A DNA stretch of 64,000 nt. It comes from Alphaproteobacteria bacterium (GTDB lineage Bacteria > Pseudomonadota > Alphaproteobacteria > UBA6615). This document shows positions 40,501-48,712 of this stretch, one piece after another (position 1 is the first letter of the stretch; every line of letters begins with the position of its first letter). The DNA lies in assembly GCA_965261975.1 (NCBI GenBank), contig CBDHEC010000050.1:11107-75106 (forward strand). Direction: 5' to 3'. The notes below the pieces were generated by a model. The model searched no databases, was not told the DNA's origin, and saw only the letters and a list, made by a program, of their open reading frames with translations. A program made the position numbers and the translations under genes.

Positions 40501-40764
40501 GCGATCATGCTGGCGACCCAGAACCGGGTCCGGCCGATCTTCATGTCCACGCTCACCTCGGTGTTCGGGATGTTGCCGCTGGTCGTGTTCCCCGGTGCCG
40601 GCTCGGAGCTTTATCGCGGGTTGGGTTCGGTCGTGCTGGGCGGTCTTTCGCTATCGGCCGTCCTCACCCTGGCAATCGTGCCGCCGATGATGTCGATCAC
40701 CGTCGGCTGGCGTGAACGAAACCGTAACAATGAGGTGGACGCGAGCCCGTCGCCCGCATCCTAG
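37582..40764 (+). CDS. RND efflux permease (AcrB/AcrD/AcrF family)
   Basis: 1060 aa; PGASPLEVE, AIPVSVIG, GMVVDAAIVVLENI, LFESFIYPLIIMLTVP, GIVVNNAILLV, RPIFMSTLT. Confidence 0.96.
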   Translation: MNLISASIHRPIAVIAVVIMIIMFGWVALQRIPIQLAPDVRQPVIIVDTFWPGASPLEVEREIVNRQEEVLKGIEGVRKIESRARTGRADITLEFAPSQNMDRALLLVANRLDRVSGYPEETDEPTLRTSGTDDNPIAWFVLRRQAENDRDLLTYGDFLEDVVQERIERIPGISGVNIFGETEREMRVIIDPEQLAQFRLTIGDVVERLRAENASISGGDVEEGKRAYVVRTEGDFTTPEQVLDVVLRSDAGQADGQIGRITLRDIAHVELGYKEARALPHRFDERAMAFNMTREQGANVLTVMDQVHRVVGDLAEGPLNRVGLIVENVFDETLYVNSAISLVQQNIIVGGILAALILMLFLRSWRPTLVVSLAIPVSVIGSFVAMAALGRSLNVISLAGIAFAVGMVVDAAIVVLENIFRLRQEGHSRAEAARLGASQVWPAVLVSSLTTVMVFIPILVMELEAGQLFRDIAVAISVSVLLSLLVSVTVIPALANRLLVNSVADGKKATRIPVLDDFAHGFVTFWQDFTRMVVRSKLRALVVVGAITLASGAFTWAFAPKLDYLPTGNRNFVFGFVNVPPGYNLDTVTEITERIANRTRSLWASETGPESEAGEPPKFQRFIRVPFAGRAFIGGTSVDPSRASELIPVLQNAGRQDPGVLTFPSQPSLFGRSLGSGRTIDVDIRGSDLEQIYQVAFDVFIRLAPRFPFSDGNQVRPIPSLTLSAPEVRVEPNRLQLADNGLSARALGQAVDAFNDGLRVAEITVDGKRIDLTLTGPPNIIDQTQGIGSLPVVTRDGRIVPVEGLADVKITSGPTEVRRADRARTVRLQVRPNADTPLQGAFELIQEEIVKPMEEAGLPEGVSIRLTGTADKLLETWNELVIDLILAIVIVYLVMAVLFESFIYPLIIMLTVPVAAAGGIAGLALLNIWVLQPLDMLTMLGFVILTGIVVNNAILLVHQTLYHIREDGMTADDAIMLATQNRVRPIFMSTLTSVFGMLPLVVFPGAGSELYRGLGSVVLGGLSLSAVLTLAIVPPMMSITVGWRERNRNNEVDASPSPAS

Positions 40765-40809
40765 CAGCGCCTCGCCTTTGATCGGGGACGGCGTTACGAT
40801 GGCACGATC

Positions 40810-41509
40810 ATGAGCGCATCCGGAAACAGCCTCGCAGAAATCCCGTTCCTCGCGCCGCTGAGCGAGTCATCTCGCGCCGCGCTCGAGCAGCGCGCGCGCT
40901 GGGTCCGTTATACGGCCAATGACACAATCATCGACCGCGAGAGCGAATCCCGGGACGTGTTTTTCGTGGTCGAAGGCCGGGTGCGGGTGGTGAATTTCTC
41001 GATTTCCGGACGCGAGATCAGTTTCGACGAAATGGACCCCGGCGGGGTGTTCGGCGAACTCGCCGCACTCGACGGGATGCCGCGATCCGCCGCTGTTGTC
41101 GCACTGGCCGATACCCTCGTCGCGTCTATCTCGCCCGACACGTTCCTGAACCTGCTGCGCGACCACCCGGACCTCGCCATCGGAGTGATGCAGGAACTGG
41201 CAAAGATCGTGCGAGCATCGACCGAACGCATCATGGACCTGAGCACCCTGGGTGCGCTCAACCGGGTGCATTCGGAGATCCTGCGCGAAGCGCGCGCCCA
41301 TGCCGAGGACGGCGCCAACACCGCCCGCATCACGCCCATCCCGGTACATGCGGATATTGCCGCGCGGGTCAGCACGACCCGCGAGACGGTTGCGCGCGTC
41401 CTGACGCGATCTCACCAAACAAGGTTTGGTCAAACGCGAGAAAAATGCCCTCGCCATCCTCGACCTCGAACGTCTCGAGGACCTTGTTGAGGAAGTTCGG
41501 GACTTTTAA
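40810..41509 (+). CDS. Crp/Fnr family cyclic-nucleotide-binding regulator, frameshift near 41405
   Basis: FGELAALDGMPRSA cNMP pocket; HTH HADIAARVSTTRETVARVL. Removing one base restores (S)DLTKQGLVKREKNALAILDLERLEDLVEEVRDF and a stop at 41509. Confidence 0.9.
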
Positions 41510-41549
41510 GCCCCTGACTCAACTGCATTTTCGATTTTTTTCCCCGCCC

Positions 41550-41592
41550 TGTGACGTCCGTCACTGGGGAATGTCCCTTCGCGCATTAAGTT
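41550..41592 (+). promoter_or_regulatory. CRP-type box with class II promoter geometry
   Basis: TGTGA-CGTCCG-TCACT (41550-41565; 9/10 to consensus). TAAGTT at 41587-41592 is the -12 to -7 hexamer if the box centre is at -41.5, giving +1 at A41599. Confidence 0.75.
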
Positions 41593-41643
41593 TGGATCAA
41601 TGGCGACGGATCATCGCCACACACCAACGAAACGGAGCCGACC

Positions 41644-41733
41644 ATGTCACGACAAACCCGCATCAACGTCGCCGCCCTCCTCCTGGCAGCCCCGATGGTG
41701 ATCGTCGGAATGTCGCTGACGTCCGGCTTCTGA
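41644..41733 (+). CDS. Unannotated 29-aa membrane peptide MSRQTRINVAALLLAAPMVIVGMSLTSGF
   Basis: GGAG 7 nt before ATG; basic N-terminus then a hydrophobic helix; upstream promoter and downstream terminator present. Confidence 0.65.
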   Translation: MSRQTRINVAALLLAAPMVIVGMSLTSGF

Positions 41734-41740
41734 TTTCAAC

Positions 41741-41817
41741 CGGTGTGATCTTTTCGCACTGATCCAACCTCCTCCTGGACTTGCGGCCGGCTCTCTCGAG
41801 ACCGGCCGCTTTCTTTT
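41741..41817 (+). ncRNA. Candidate 3'UTR sRNA with CCUCCUCC anti-SD loop (cuckoo/CcsR-like motif)
   Basis: Three successive hairpins: CGGTGTGA/TCGCACTG (41741-41761), TCCA-[ACCTCCTCC]-TGGA (41763-41779), and the terminator. Confidence 0.5.
41783..41817 (+). terminator. Rho-independent terminator
   Basis: GCGGCCGG/CCGGCCGC stem followed by TTTCTTTT. Confidence 0.8.
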
Positions 41818-41851
41818 CCAGCCTTGCAATGCGGACAACCCGCACGAAGGA

Positions 41852-43318
41852 TCAGAATGTCCAGCGGCGGTTGAGCCCGATCGACAACCGATAATTGTTG
41901 TAGGTGTAGTTCGTGATCGATGAGACCTGTCGATACGCCTCACCACCGAATGTGAAGGTGAAAGGCTCCCAGAATTCGCCCGCATCGGTAAACACGCTGC
42001 CCCACGGAATACCGTAGGTCAGCCGTGCACGCCCGCCCTAGTCACGCCGCTTCCGCGAGCTGATCGACGGGTCGCGATCATCATACTGGTCGTAGTTGAC
42101 GGTGAGCGATGTGAGCAAGAAATCGCCACCGCCGAACAACATCGTATGGCTTACCCCGAGGTCGCTCTGTTCGGAGGAATTGAAACTGCGGGCCGCAATA
42201 TTTCGGGTCTGTGTAAACGTGACCCCCTGCCGCTGCCGCGGGGTCAGAATCTGAGACATTCCCAACTTGCCTTCATACTCACGGCCGCTGCGTTCCGTCG
42301 CGGTCAGGCTGTTGGTGATGTTGTTGTAGGACTGATACTTCATCGTCGCACCGGCGAAGACCGACCAGGTGTTGGACAGCGCATAGACCCAGTCGACCGT
42401 CGCGCCCGCCGCCGTCAGATACTTCTCGCGCGAAAGATCAATGCGCTCGTAGAGAAGGCGCGGCGTGATGGTCGACGGCGCAAAGTCCAGTTCGTATCCG
42501 AAGTCCGCGGTGATGGCGCGCAGATCGAGATCATCCTGCTGAATCTGTTCGCCCTGGTACAAAACCAGCCCACCCAGCATCTTGTGCTGCTTCTGCAGGC
42601 CGAGGTCATGCTCGAATGACAGCTGCGCCAAACCGTTCAGCGCCAAATCGTCCTGACGCGAAGAACTGCCGGTCGTGCGGGTCGGCAAATCGGCGGCGAG
42701 GCGAATCTCTGATTTCGGGGACGCGTTGCGGTTCCAGTCATACTGGGTGGCAAAATTCATCGCGAAGGTGAAGATCGTCTTCTTGCGGCGTGACGCGATC
42801 TGATCGAGATACTGATCGATCTGGCGGCGCAGTTTCGGATCCAGTTCAAGTTCCTTCAGCGAGACCAGTTCACGCTCGGCCTCGTCGAGGTTATCGAGAC
42901 GAAAAAGGACGATCGCGAACAGAACCCGCACGACCGCCAGGTCCGGGCGGATCAGAAGAACACGTTCCAGCGTCGCGCCCGCACCGCGCACATTTCCGTC
43001 GCGGATCTGGGTCAACGCATACCGGACATTGAGTTCGATATTGTCGGGGTCTTCCAGGACCTGCTGGTACGTGACCGGTGGCCCTTTGCTGAAGGCCTCC
43101 AGATCGAGTGCGTCCTGGGCCGTGCGGTCGACCTCGCGCTGGGACTCGATCGATTCCCGGACATCGGTTTCACGCGATTCCGTATCCGACTGCTGGGCAT
43201 GCGCAGGCCACGCGATCATGATCGCGCCGACAATCACCCATCCATAGCGGATACCGCACCGCGCGTGCTGAAACACACGCAATGGCAGACTTGGCACTCG
43301 AACCAACGAAACCCCCAA
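41852..43318 (-). CDS. TPR + beta-barrel outer membrane protein (Slam/DUF560/NsrA-like) with internal TAG at 42038-42040
   Basis: Signal peptide (PAHA-QQ), TPR (ATLERVLLIRPD...), YDWNRN, alternating beta-strands. The frame continues past the TAG for 61 codons and ends YRLSIGLNRRWTF, a BAM beta-signal. Start uncertain. Confidence 0.8.
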
Positions 43319-43389
43319 CGTATCGGGGTATTAAGCATGATGCGCCAAATCGGGGCAAGCGCGAGAGGCGTCTCTAACCCCTTGAGAAA

Positions 43390-44711
43390 TCATTTCATTT
43401 CTGCGACGTGAACGCCTTTCCAATCCTCGGGCGGGGGATCGAAGGAGTAGTGGAAAATACGCTCGGCATAGAGATCATAGAAACCCGTAATAGCCCCGGG
43501 CATTTCCACGCAAACATTGAGCAGGTCCTGCGCCTTGTCCCAGTCGCGGGCCCGATAGGCATCGAGCATACGCACATGCTCGCGTTGCAAGGCCTGAAAT
43601 GCCTCGCTGGCCGCCTCGCGGGCATCCCCCACCAACGCATAAATGCGAACCGCCTCTCGCTTGCCCTTTACGGCGATCAGGTCGAGCTCAAGGAAGGCGA
43701 AACTGTCGGCCACCTGAGATTGCGTGGATTCACCGACAATTATCGGCGTCGCATAGGGCTGTGACTGCCCTTCAAGCCGGGCGGCGAGATTGACCGCATC
43801 GCCGAGCACCGAATAGTCGAAACGCTGATCCGACCCCATATTCCCGACAACGCATTCCCCGGTGTTGAGCCCAACCCCAACCGCTATGGCAACCGCATCA
43901 GGATTTTCCGCGAGGCGCGCCTCATTGACCCGATCGAGCGCGTCCAGCATGGCCAACGCGGCATCACAGGCATGGGCGGCGTGTGCCGGATCGTCAATCG
44001 GCGCATTCCAGAACGCCATGATGCAGTCGCCCATATACTTGTCGATGGTGCCGTCGCGATCCAGGATTTCGGCGGTCAGCGGCGTGAGCAGGCGGTTGAT
44101 CAGGGTTGTCAGCGCCTGCGGATCATCACGATGTTCCTCGGAAATGGATGTGAACCCCCGGATATCGCAGAACAGCAATGTCATCTCACGGGTCTCGCCA
44201 CCCAGCCTGAGCCGTTCGGGCTGATCGGCAAGCTGTTCGACCAGCGCCGGCGACAGATACTGCCCGAAGGCCGTGCGAATCTGGCGGCGCTGCGTTTCGG
44301 ATTGCAGATAGGTGATGAGCGAACTCGACAGATAGACCATCAGCACAACCAGCGCCGGAAATACCGGGTCAATCAGAATTCCGGCGCCGGAAAAAGCGAA
44401 CCACCCCGCCGCCACCCCGGCCGTGATCGCCGCCAGGCATACAACCGCACTGGCCGCGACACCGAGTTTGGGAAGCAAAAGCACCAGAAAAATACCCAGC
44501 AGCGCGAATGCCGCCAGTTCCGCACCCAGGGTCCAGTCGGGACGCGTCAGAAAACTGCCGTTCAGGATCTGCTCGACCAGCTCTGCATGGAAATCGACCC
44601 AAACACGATCAGCGTCGTCACGCTCAAACGATCCGTGGCATGATCTGTCTGGGCGGCCGTATCATCCTCCGCGGTCATCTGTTCGCGTTTCGGGACAAAC
44701 CCGTTCCCCAT
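43390..44711 (-). pseudogene. CHASE2-type adenylate cyclase lacking most of the CHASE2 sensor
   Basis: HAELVEQILNGSFLTRPDW (CHASE2 end), three TM segments, RTAFGQYLSPALVEQL, LFCDIRGFT, DKYMGDCIMAFWNAP, RFDYSVLGDAVNLAARLEG. The upstream frame hits a stop, and the plausible N-terminus is out of frame. Confidence 0.8.
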
Positions 44712-44877
44712 CACTTGTCCACTCGACACCCCCGCCGAATTCTAGATATAGCTCTTGGGAAGGCATGTGGCTGTAACGTAATTGTCAACGCGCGTGGCAT
44801 GATGATCCAACGCCCGAACTTGTGAGGGCGCACATAGAACAAGGCCCCAAGAAGATACGAGATCACACACCCGTCGA

Positions 44878-46350
44878 ATGAACACCGTCCCCGCACACGC
44901 ACAAACACTCGAGGCGCTCGAAGCGCGCGTCCGCCATGAGCTGACGCTGCTCGACCACCCGAAAGCCGAATGGGTCCCGCCGCGCAAAGACGCATCGGGA
45001 AAGCATGTCTACGACGTGCTGGTTGTCGGCGCCGGCCAGAGCGGCCTAGGGACCCTGTTCGCGCTGGGTCGCGAGAAAGTGACGAATATTCTGGCTGTGG
45101 ACCGAAGCCCTGCCGGCCGCGAAGGCCCCTGGGTCACTTATGCCCGCATGCACCAGCTGCGCACCCACAAGGACATCACCGGCCCCGCGCAGGGCATCCC
45201 GTCACTGACACCGCGCGCCTGGTACACAGCCAAATACGGCCCCGACGCCTGGGAGGCGTTGGTCCGGATTCCACGCACGGACTGGCAGGAATACCTGAAC
45301 TGGTATCGGCATATCCTCGACCTGCCGGTCTGGAGCGAGACCGAGGTCGGCCCGCTTACCGCGGCCGAACCGGACAATCCCGACAGCCTGATCCGGGTGC
45401 CCCTGACGGCGACAGGGCCGAACGGCCACACCGAAAGCGTCCTCGCGCGTGAAGTCGTGCTCGCCAACGGGCTCGAGGGATGCGGCGAGTGGCACGTCCC
45501 CAAGATCGTGACGGACAACCTGCCCGTCGATCGCTACACCCAGGCCAACACGGAATTCGACCTGTCGCCGCTTCGCGGCAAACGGGTCATCGTGATCGGC
45601 GCGAATGCCGGCGGATTCGATTCCGCCGCGGCGGCGCTGGAAGCCGGCGCGGCATCGGCCGACCTCCTCGTGCGGCGGGACGAAATCACCCGGGTGAACG
45701 CGCATAAACCCATCGATAGCGTTGCCTGGCTCAAGCATTTCGGCGATCTCGACGACGCCACGAAGTGGCGCCTGATGGTGCATGTGATGCGGAACAATCA
45801 ACCGCCGCCGCAGGACACGTTCGACCGAGCCGCGAACATGCCGGGTTTCCGCATGCGCGAAGGTGCGGGGATGACGGCAGCGTATATGGCGGATGACGAG
45901 GTGATTATCGAAACGGCTGCGGGCGACAGGCTGCGGGCGGATTTCGTCATCGCCGCAACCGGCTTCGCCAACGATTTCAGCCTGCGGATCGAAACCTCCG
46001 AGATCGCCGACAAGATCGCGCTCTGGCGCGACAGCTACACGCCGCCGGACGGCGAGGACTGGGCGCCGATGGGGACCTACCCCTATCTCGGAAAATCCTT
46101 CGAGTTCACAGAGAAAACGCCGGGCACCGCGCCTTGGCTGCACCACATCCATTGCTTCTCCCTGGGCACCAAGCCGAGCCTCGGGCTGTCGGCCGCCTCG
46201 GCGACCGCCATGCGCTATGGCGTGCCCCGGCTGGTCCAGGCGCTAACGCGCTGCCTGTTTCTCGACGACGCGGCGCATCACGCCAACGCAATGCTGACCT
46301 TCGATGAGGAAGACCTGATCGTCACCTCCAGAGAGGCCGACAACGCCTAG
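44878..46350 (+). CDS. FAD/NAD(P)-dependent oxidoreductase (HpyO-like flavin monooxygenase)
   Basis: VVGAGQSG, EGPWVTYARMHQLRT, RIPRTDWQEYLNWY, second dinucleotide motif IGANAGGFD, AATGF, PYLG..FEF.EK. Confidence 0.85.
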   Translation: MNTVPAHAQTLEALEARVRHELTLLDHPKAEWVPPRKDASGKHVYDVLVVGAGQSGLGTLFALGREKVTNILAVDRSPAGREGPWVTYARMHQLRTHKDITGPAQGIPSLTPRAWYTAKYGPDAWEALVRIPRTDWQEYLNWYRHILDLPVWSETEVGPLTAAEPDNPDSLIRVPLTATGPNGHTESVLAREVVLANGLEGCGEWHVPKIVTDNLPVDRYTQANTEFDLSPLRGKRVIVIGANAGGFDSAAAALEAGAASADLLVRRDEITRVNAHKPIDSVAWLKHFGDLDDATKWRLMVHVMRNNQPPPQDTFDRAANMPGFRMREGAGMTAAYMADDEVIIETAAGDRLRADFVIAATGFANDFSLRIETSEIADKIALWRDSYTPPDGEDWAPMGTYPYLGKSFEFTEKTPGTAPWLHHIHCFSLGTKPSLGLSAASATAMRYGVPRLVQALTRCLFLDDAAHHANAMLTFDEEDLIVTSREADNA

Positions 46351-46361
46351 CTCTGGTGCCT

Positions 46362-46970
46362 TTAGCCGGGGATATGGGCGAACGCTTCTTCGGGTACGAA
46401 ATCGAGCTGACCCGAGCCGCCGGGCTTGAGCCAGTAGAGCTCCAGGGTCGAGGTGACGCGTTTCTCGAAGTAAAGCAGTTGCAGCGGATACCAACCCGGT
46501 GTCGTGATCTCGACGGGCGTGAGTTCCGAGAAACGGTCGCTGTGGACATCGGGATCATACACGACACGGACGCCGCCGATCTTCAGGTCAACGCCGTCGT
46601 TGGACCGCATGGCGATCGTATATGTGCCCGCCGCGGGAAAGTTGATGTAGCCGCGAATATCCGCGCCGACCTCGTCCGCGCGCCCGCTGGTCAGGACATC
46701 GCCGTCACCCACGAAATAGTCGAGGATCAGGATCGGTTCACCCTTCACCCCGTCCTTGTATTTCGCCCAATCCTCTATCTCGCGCGTGTCGTTGAACACG
46801 CCGAAATAATATGTGACCGCGAGCCCCGGTTTCAGGTCGGCTGCCGCGGGCTGTGGCGTAGCCGGTTGCAGCCCGGACACGAGATCGGCAGCGATCCCGT
46901 TCGACGCGCCAAAACCCAGACTACCGGCCATAAACGCTGCGGCGATGATACCGGTGAAACGAGCCCGCAT
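46362..46970 (-). CDS. Secreted PA14 domain protein
   Basis: Signal peptide, PGLAVTYY, GYINFPAAGTY, SNDGV, GWYPLQLLYFE, LELYW. Confidence 0.85.
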   Translation of the reverse strand: MRARFTGIIAAAFMAGSLGFGASNGIAADLVSGLQPATPQPAAADLKPGLAVTYYFGVFNDTREIEDWAKYKDGVKGEPILILDYFVGDGDVLTSGRADEVGADIRGYINFPAAGTYTIAMRSNDGVDLKIGGVRVVYDPDVHSDRFSELTPVEITTPGWYPLQLLYFEKRVTSTLELYWLKPGGSGQLDFVPEEAFAHIPG

Positions 46971-47272
46971 CAGTGGCCCCCGTCAGGGTTGCCAAACGTC
47001 CAGTTCCAGGGACGAATTTCGACTTCCGTGAACAGACCGGCCAGGGAATAGGGGTCGTCGGCAGCGAAATCACGCGCCTTCTCAATGTCGTCCGCCTCGA
47101 CAACGATGAGCGAACCCGTGACACGCGATCCGTCTTCGCTGGGGGTTGGTCCGGCCAGATGCAGCTTCACGTCCTTGCCGTGTGCACGCAGATAGTCGAG
47201 ATGAGCCTCGCGCGTCTGGTTGCGCAACTCGATGCCGTCTTCCCTGTCGGTATTGACGATGATGAAATGCAT
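46970..47272 (-). CDS. YciI family protein
   Basis: R..TREAHLDYL, LAGP, GSLIVVEA, DDPY..AGLF. Confidence 0.92.
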   Translation of the reverse strand: MHFIIVNTDREDGIELRNQTREAHLDYLRAHGKDVKLHLAGPTPSEDGSRVTGSLIVVEADDIEKARDFAADDPYSLAGLFTEVEIRPWNWTFGNPDGGH

Positions 47273-47310
47273 GAAACCCTCCCTCTCCTGTCTGTCTCGC
47301 TCTCGTCGGT

Positions 47311-48520
47311 TTACTTCACCCGTTCGAGCACGGTCGCGATACCCTGGCCGACACCGATGCACATCGTGCAAAGCGCATACTTGGCATCGCGCTCCTTGAG
47401 CTCGTAGGCCGCCGTGGTCGCCAGACGCGCGCCGCTCGCCCCGAGCGGATGGCCGATCGAAATGGCACCGCCGTTGGGGTTCACGTGCTCTGCATCGTCG
47501 GCGATCCCGAGATCACGGGTGACCGCAAGAGCCTGCGCCGCGAAGGCCTCGTTCAACTCGATCACATCGATATCGCCGATCTTGAGACCGAGACGTTCCA
47601 GCAGCTTGTGGGTTGCCGGTGCCGGCCCAAAGCCCATGATCCGCGGCGGCACACCTGCGGTCGCCGTCCCGACAACGCGGGCGATGGGCGTGAGGCCATA
47701 TTTTTCCACGGCGTCTTCCGACGCGATGATCATGGCGCACGCGCCGTCATTCACGCCAGACGCATTGCCGGCCGTGACGGTCCCGCCTTCGCGGAACGGT
47801 GTCGGCAACTTCTCCAGTCCGGCCATATCCGTGCCGGGTCGCGGATGTTCGTCCGTATCGACCACCACCGGGTCGCCGCGGCGCTGGGGCACCTCGACGG
47901 GCACGATCTCCTGCTCGAAGCGCCCGCGTTCCTGGGCCGCTTTCGTGCGCTGCTGCGACCGGAACGCCAGCGCATCCTGATCGGCGCGCGATACCTGGAA
48001 TTCCTCAGCCACGTTCTCCGCCGTCTCCGGCATCGCATCGATGCCGTATTCCGCCTTCATCTTCGGATTGACGAAACGCCAGCCGATGGTCGTGTCTTCG
48101 ACCTGATTGGTTGCGCGAGAACGCGCTGGTCGCTTTGGGCATCACGAAGGGTGCGCGCGACATGCTCTCCACACCGCCGGCAACGACCAGGTCGGCCTCA
48201 CCGGTACGGATCGCGCGCGACGCCGCCGTCAATGCCTCGAGACCGGAGCCGCAAAGCCTGTTCACCGTCGCGCCCGGAACATCGGATGAATATCCCGCCA
48301 GCAGCAGCGACATCCGCGCCACGTTGCGGTTGTCCTCGCCCGCCTGGTTCACGTTGCCGTAGTAGACCTCGTCGACCTTGTCCCAATCAACGCCGGGATT
48401 GCGGTCGACCAGCGCCTTCATGGGAATCGCGCCCAGATCATCCGTCCTGACGCTCGACAGGGAACCGCCATAGCGTCCGAACGGCGTGCGTACCGCGTCA
48501 CAGATATAGGCTTCCGGCAT
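47311..48520 (-). CDS. pcaF: 3-oxoadipyl-CoA thiolase, frameshift near 48105
   Basis: First half: RTPFGRYGG, NQAGEDNRNVARM, NRLCGSG, VESMSRAPFVMPKA. Second half: DTTIGWRF, MPETAENVA, NEAFAAQ, GHPLGASG, CIGVGQG. Confidence 0.9.
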
Positions 48521-48712
48521 TGTTTCTCTCCTGTTTTCAGCCGCGAAACTATTGCATACGAGAATGCCCATACATAGGCCGCCAGGCCAAGCGCGGCCTG
48601 CCGGGGTTCGCCATGCGAACCCTCGATAATGGCCCTGGTTCCGGTATCTCGCGGTCTTGTGCCCAAGAGAATGTGATCACACGCGGCCCGGTGCCGACCC
48701 TATGTTGAGTAC

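Noticed and set aside
42038-42040. Pyrrolysine or genome-wide TAG recoding
   Set aside because: Many genes here (fabI, aroC, dxs, RND permease) end normally at TAG, and no pyl genes are visible.
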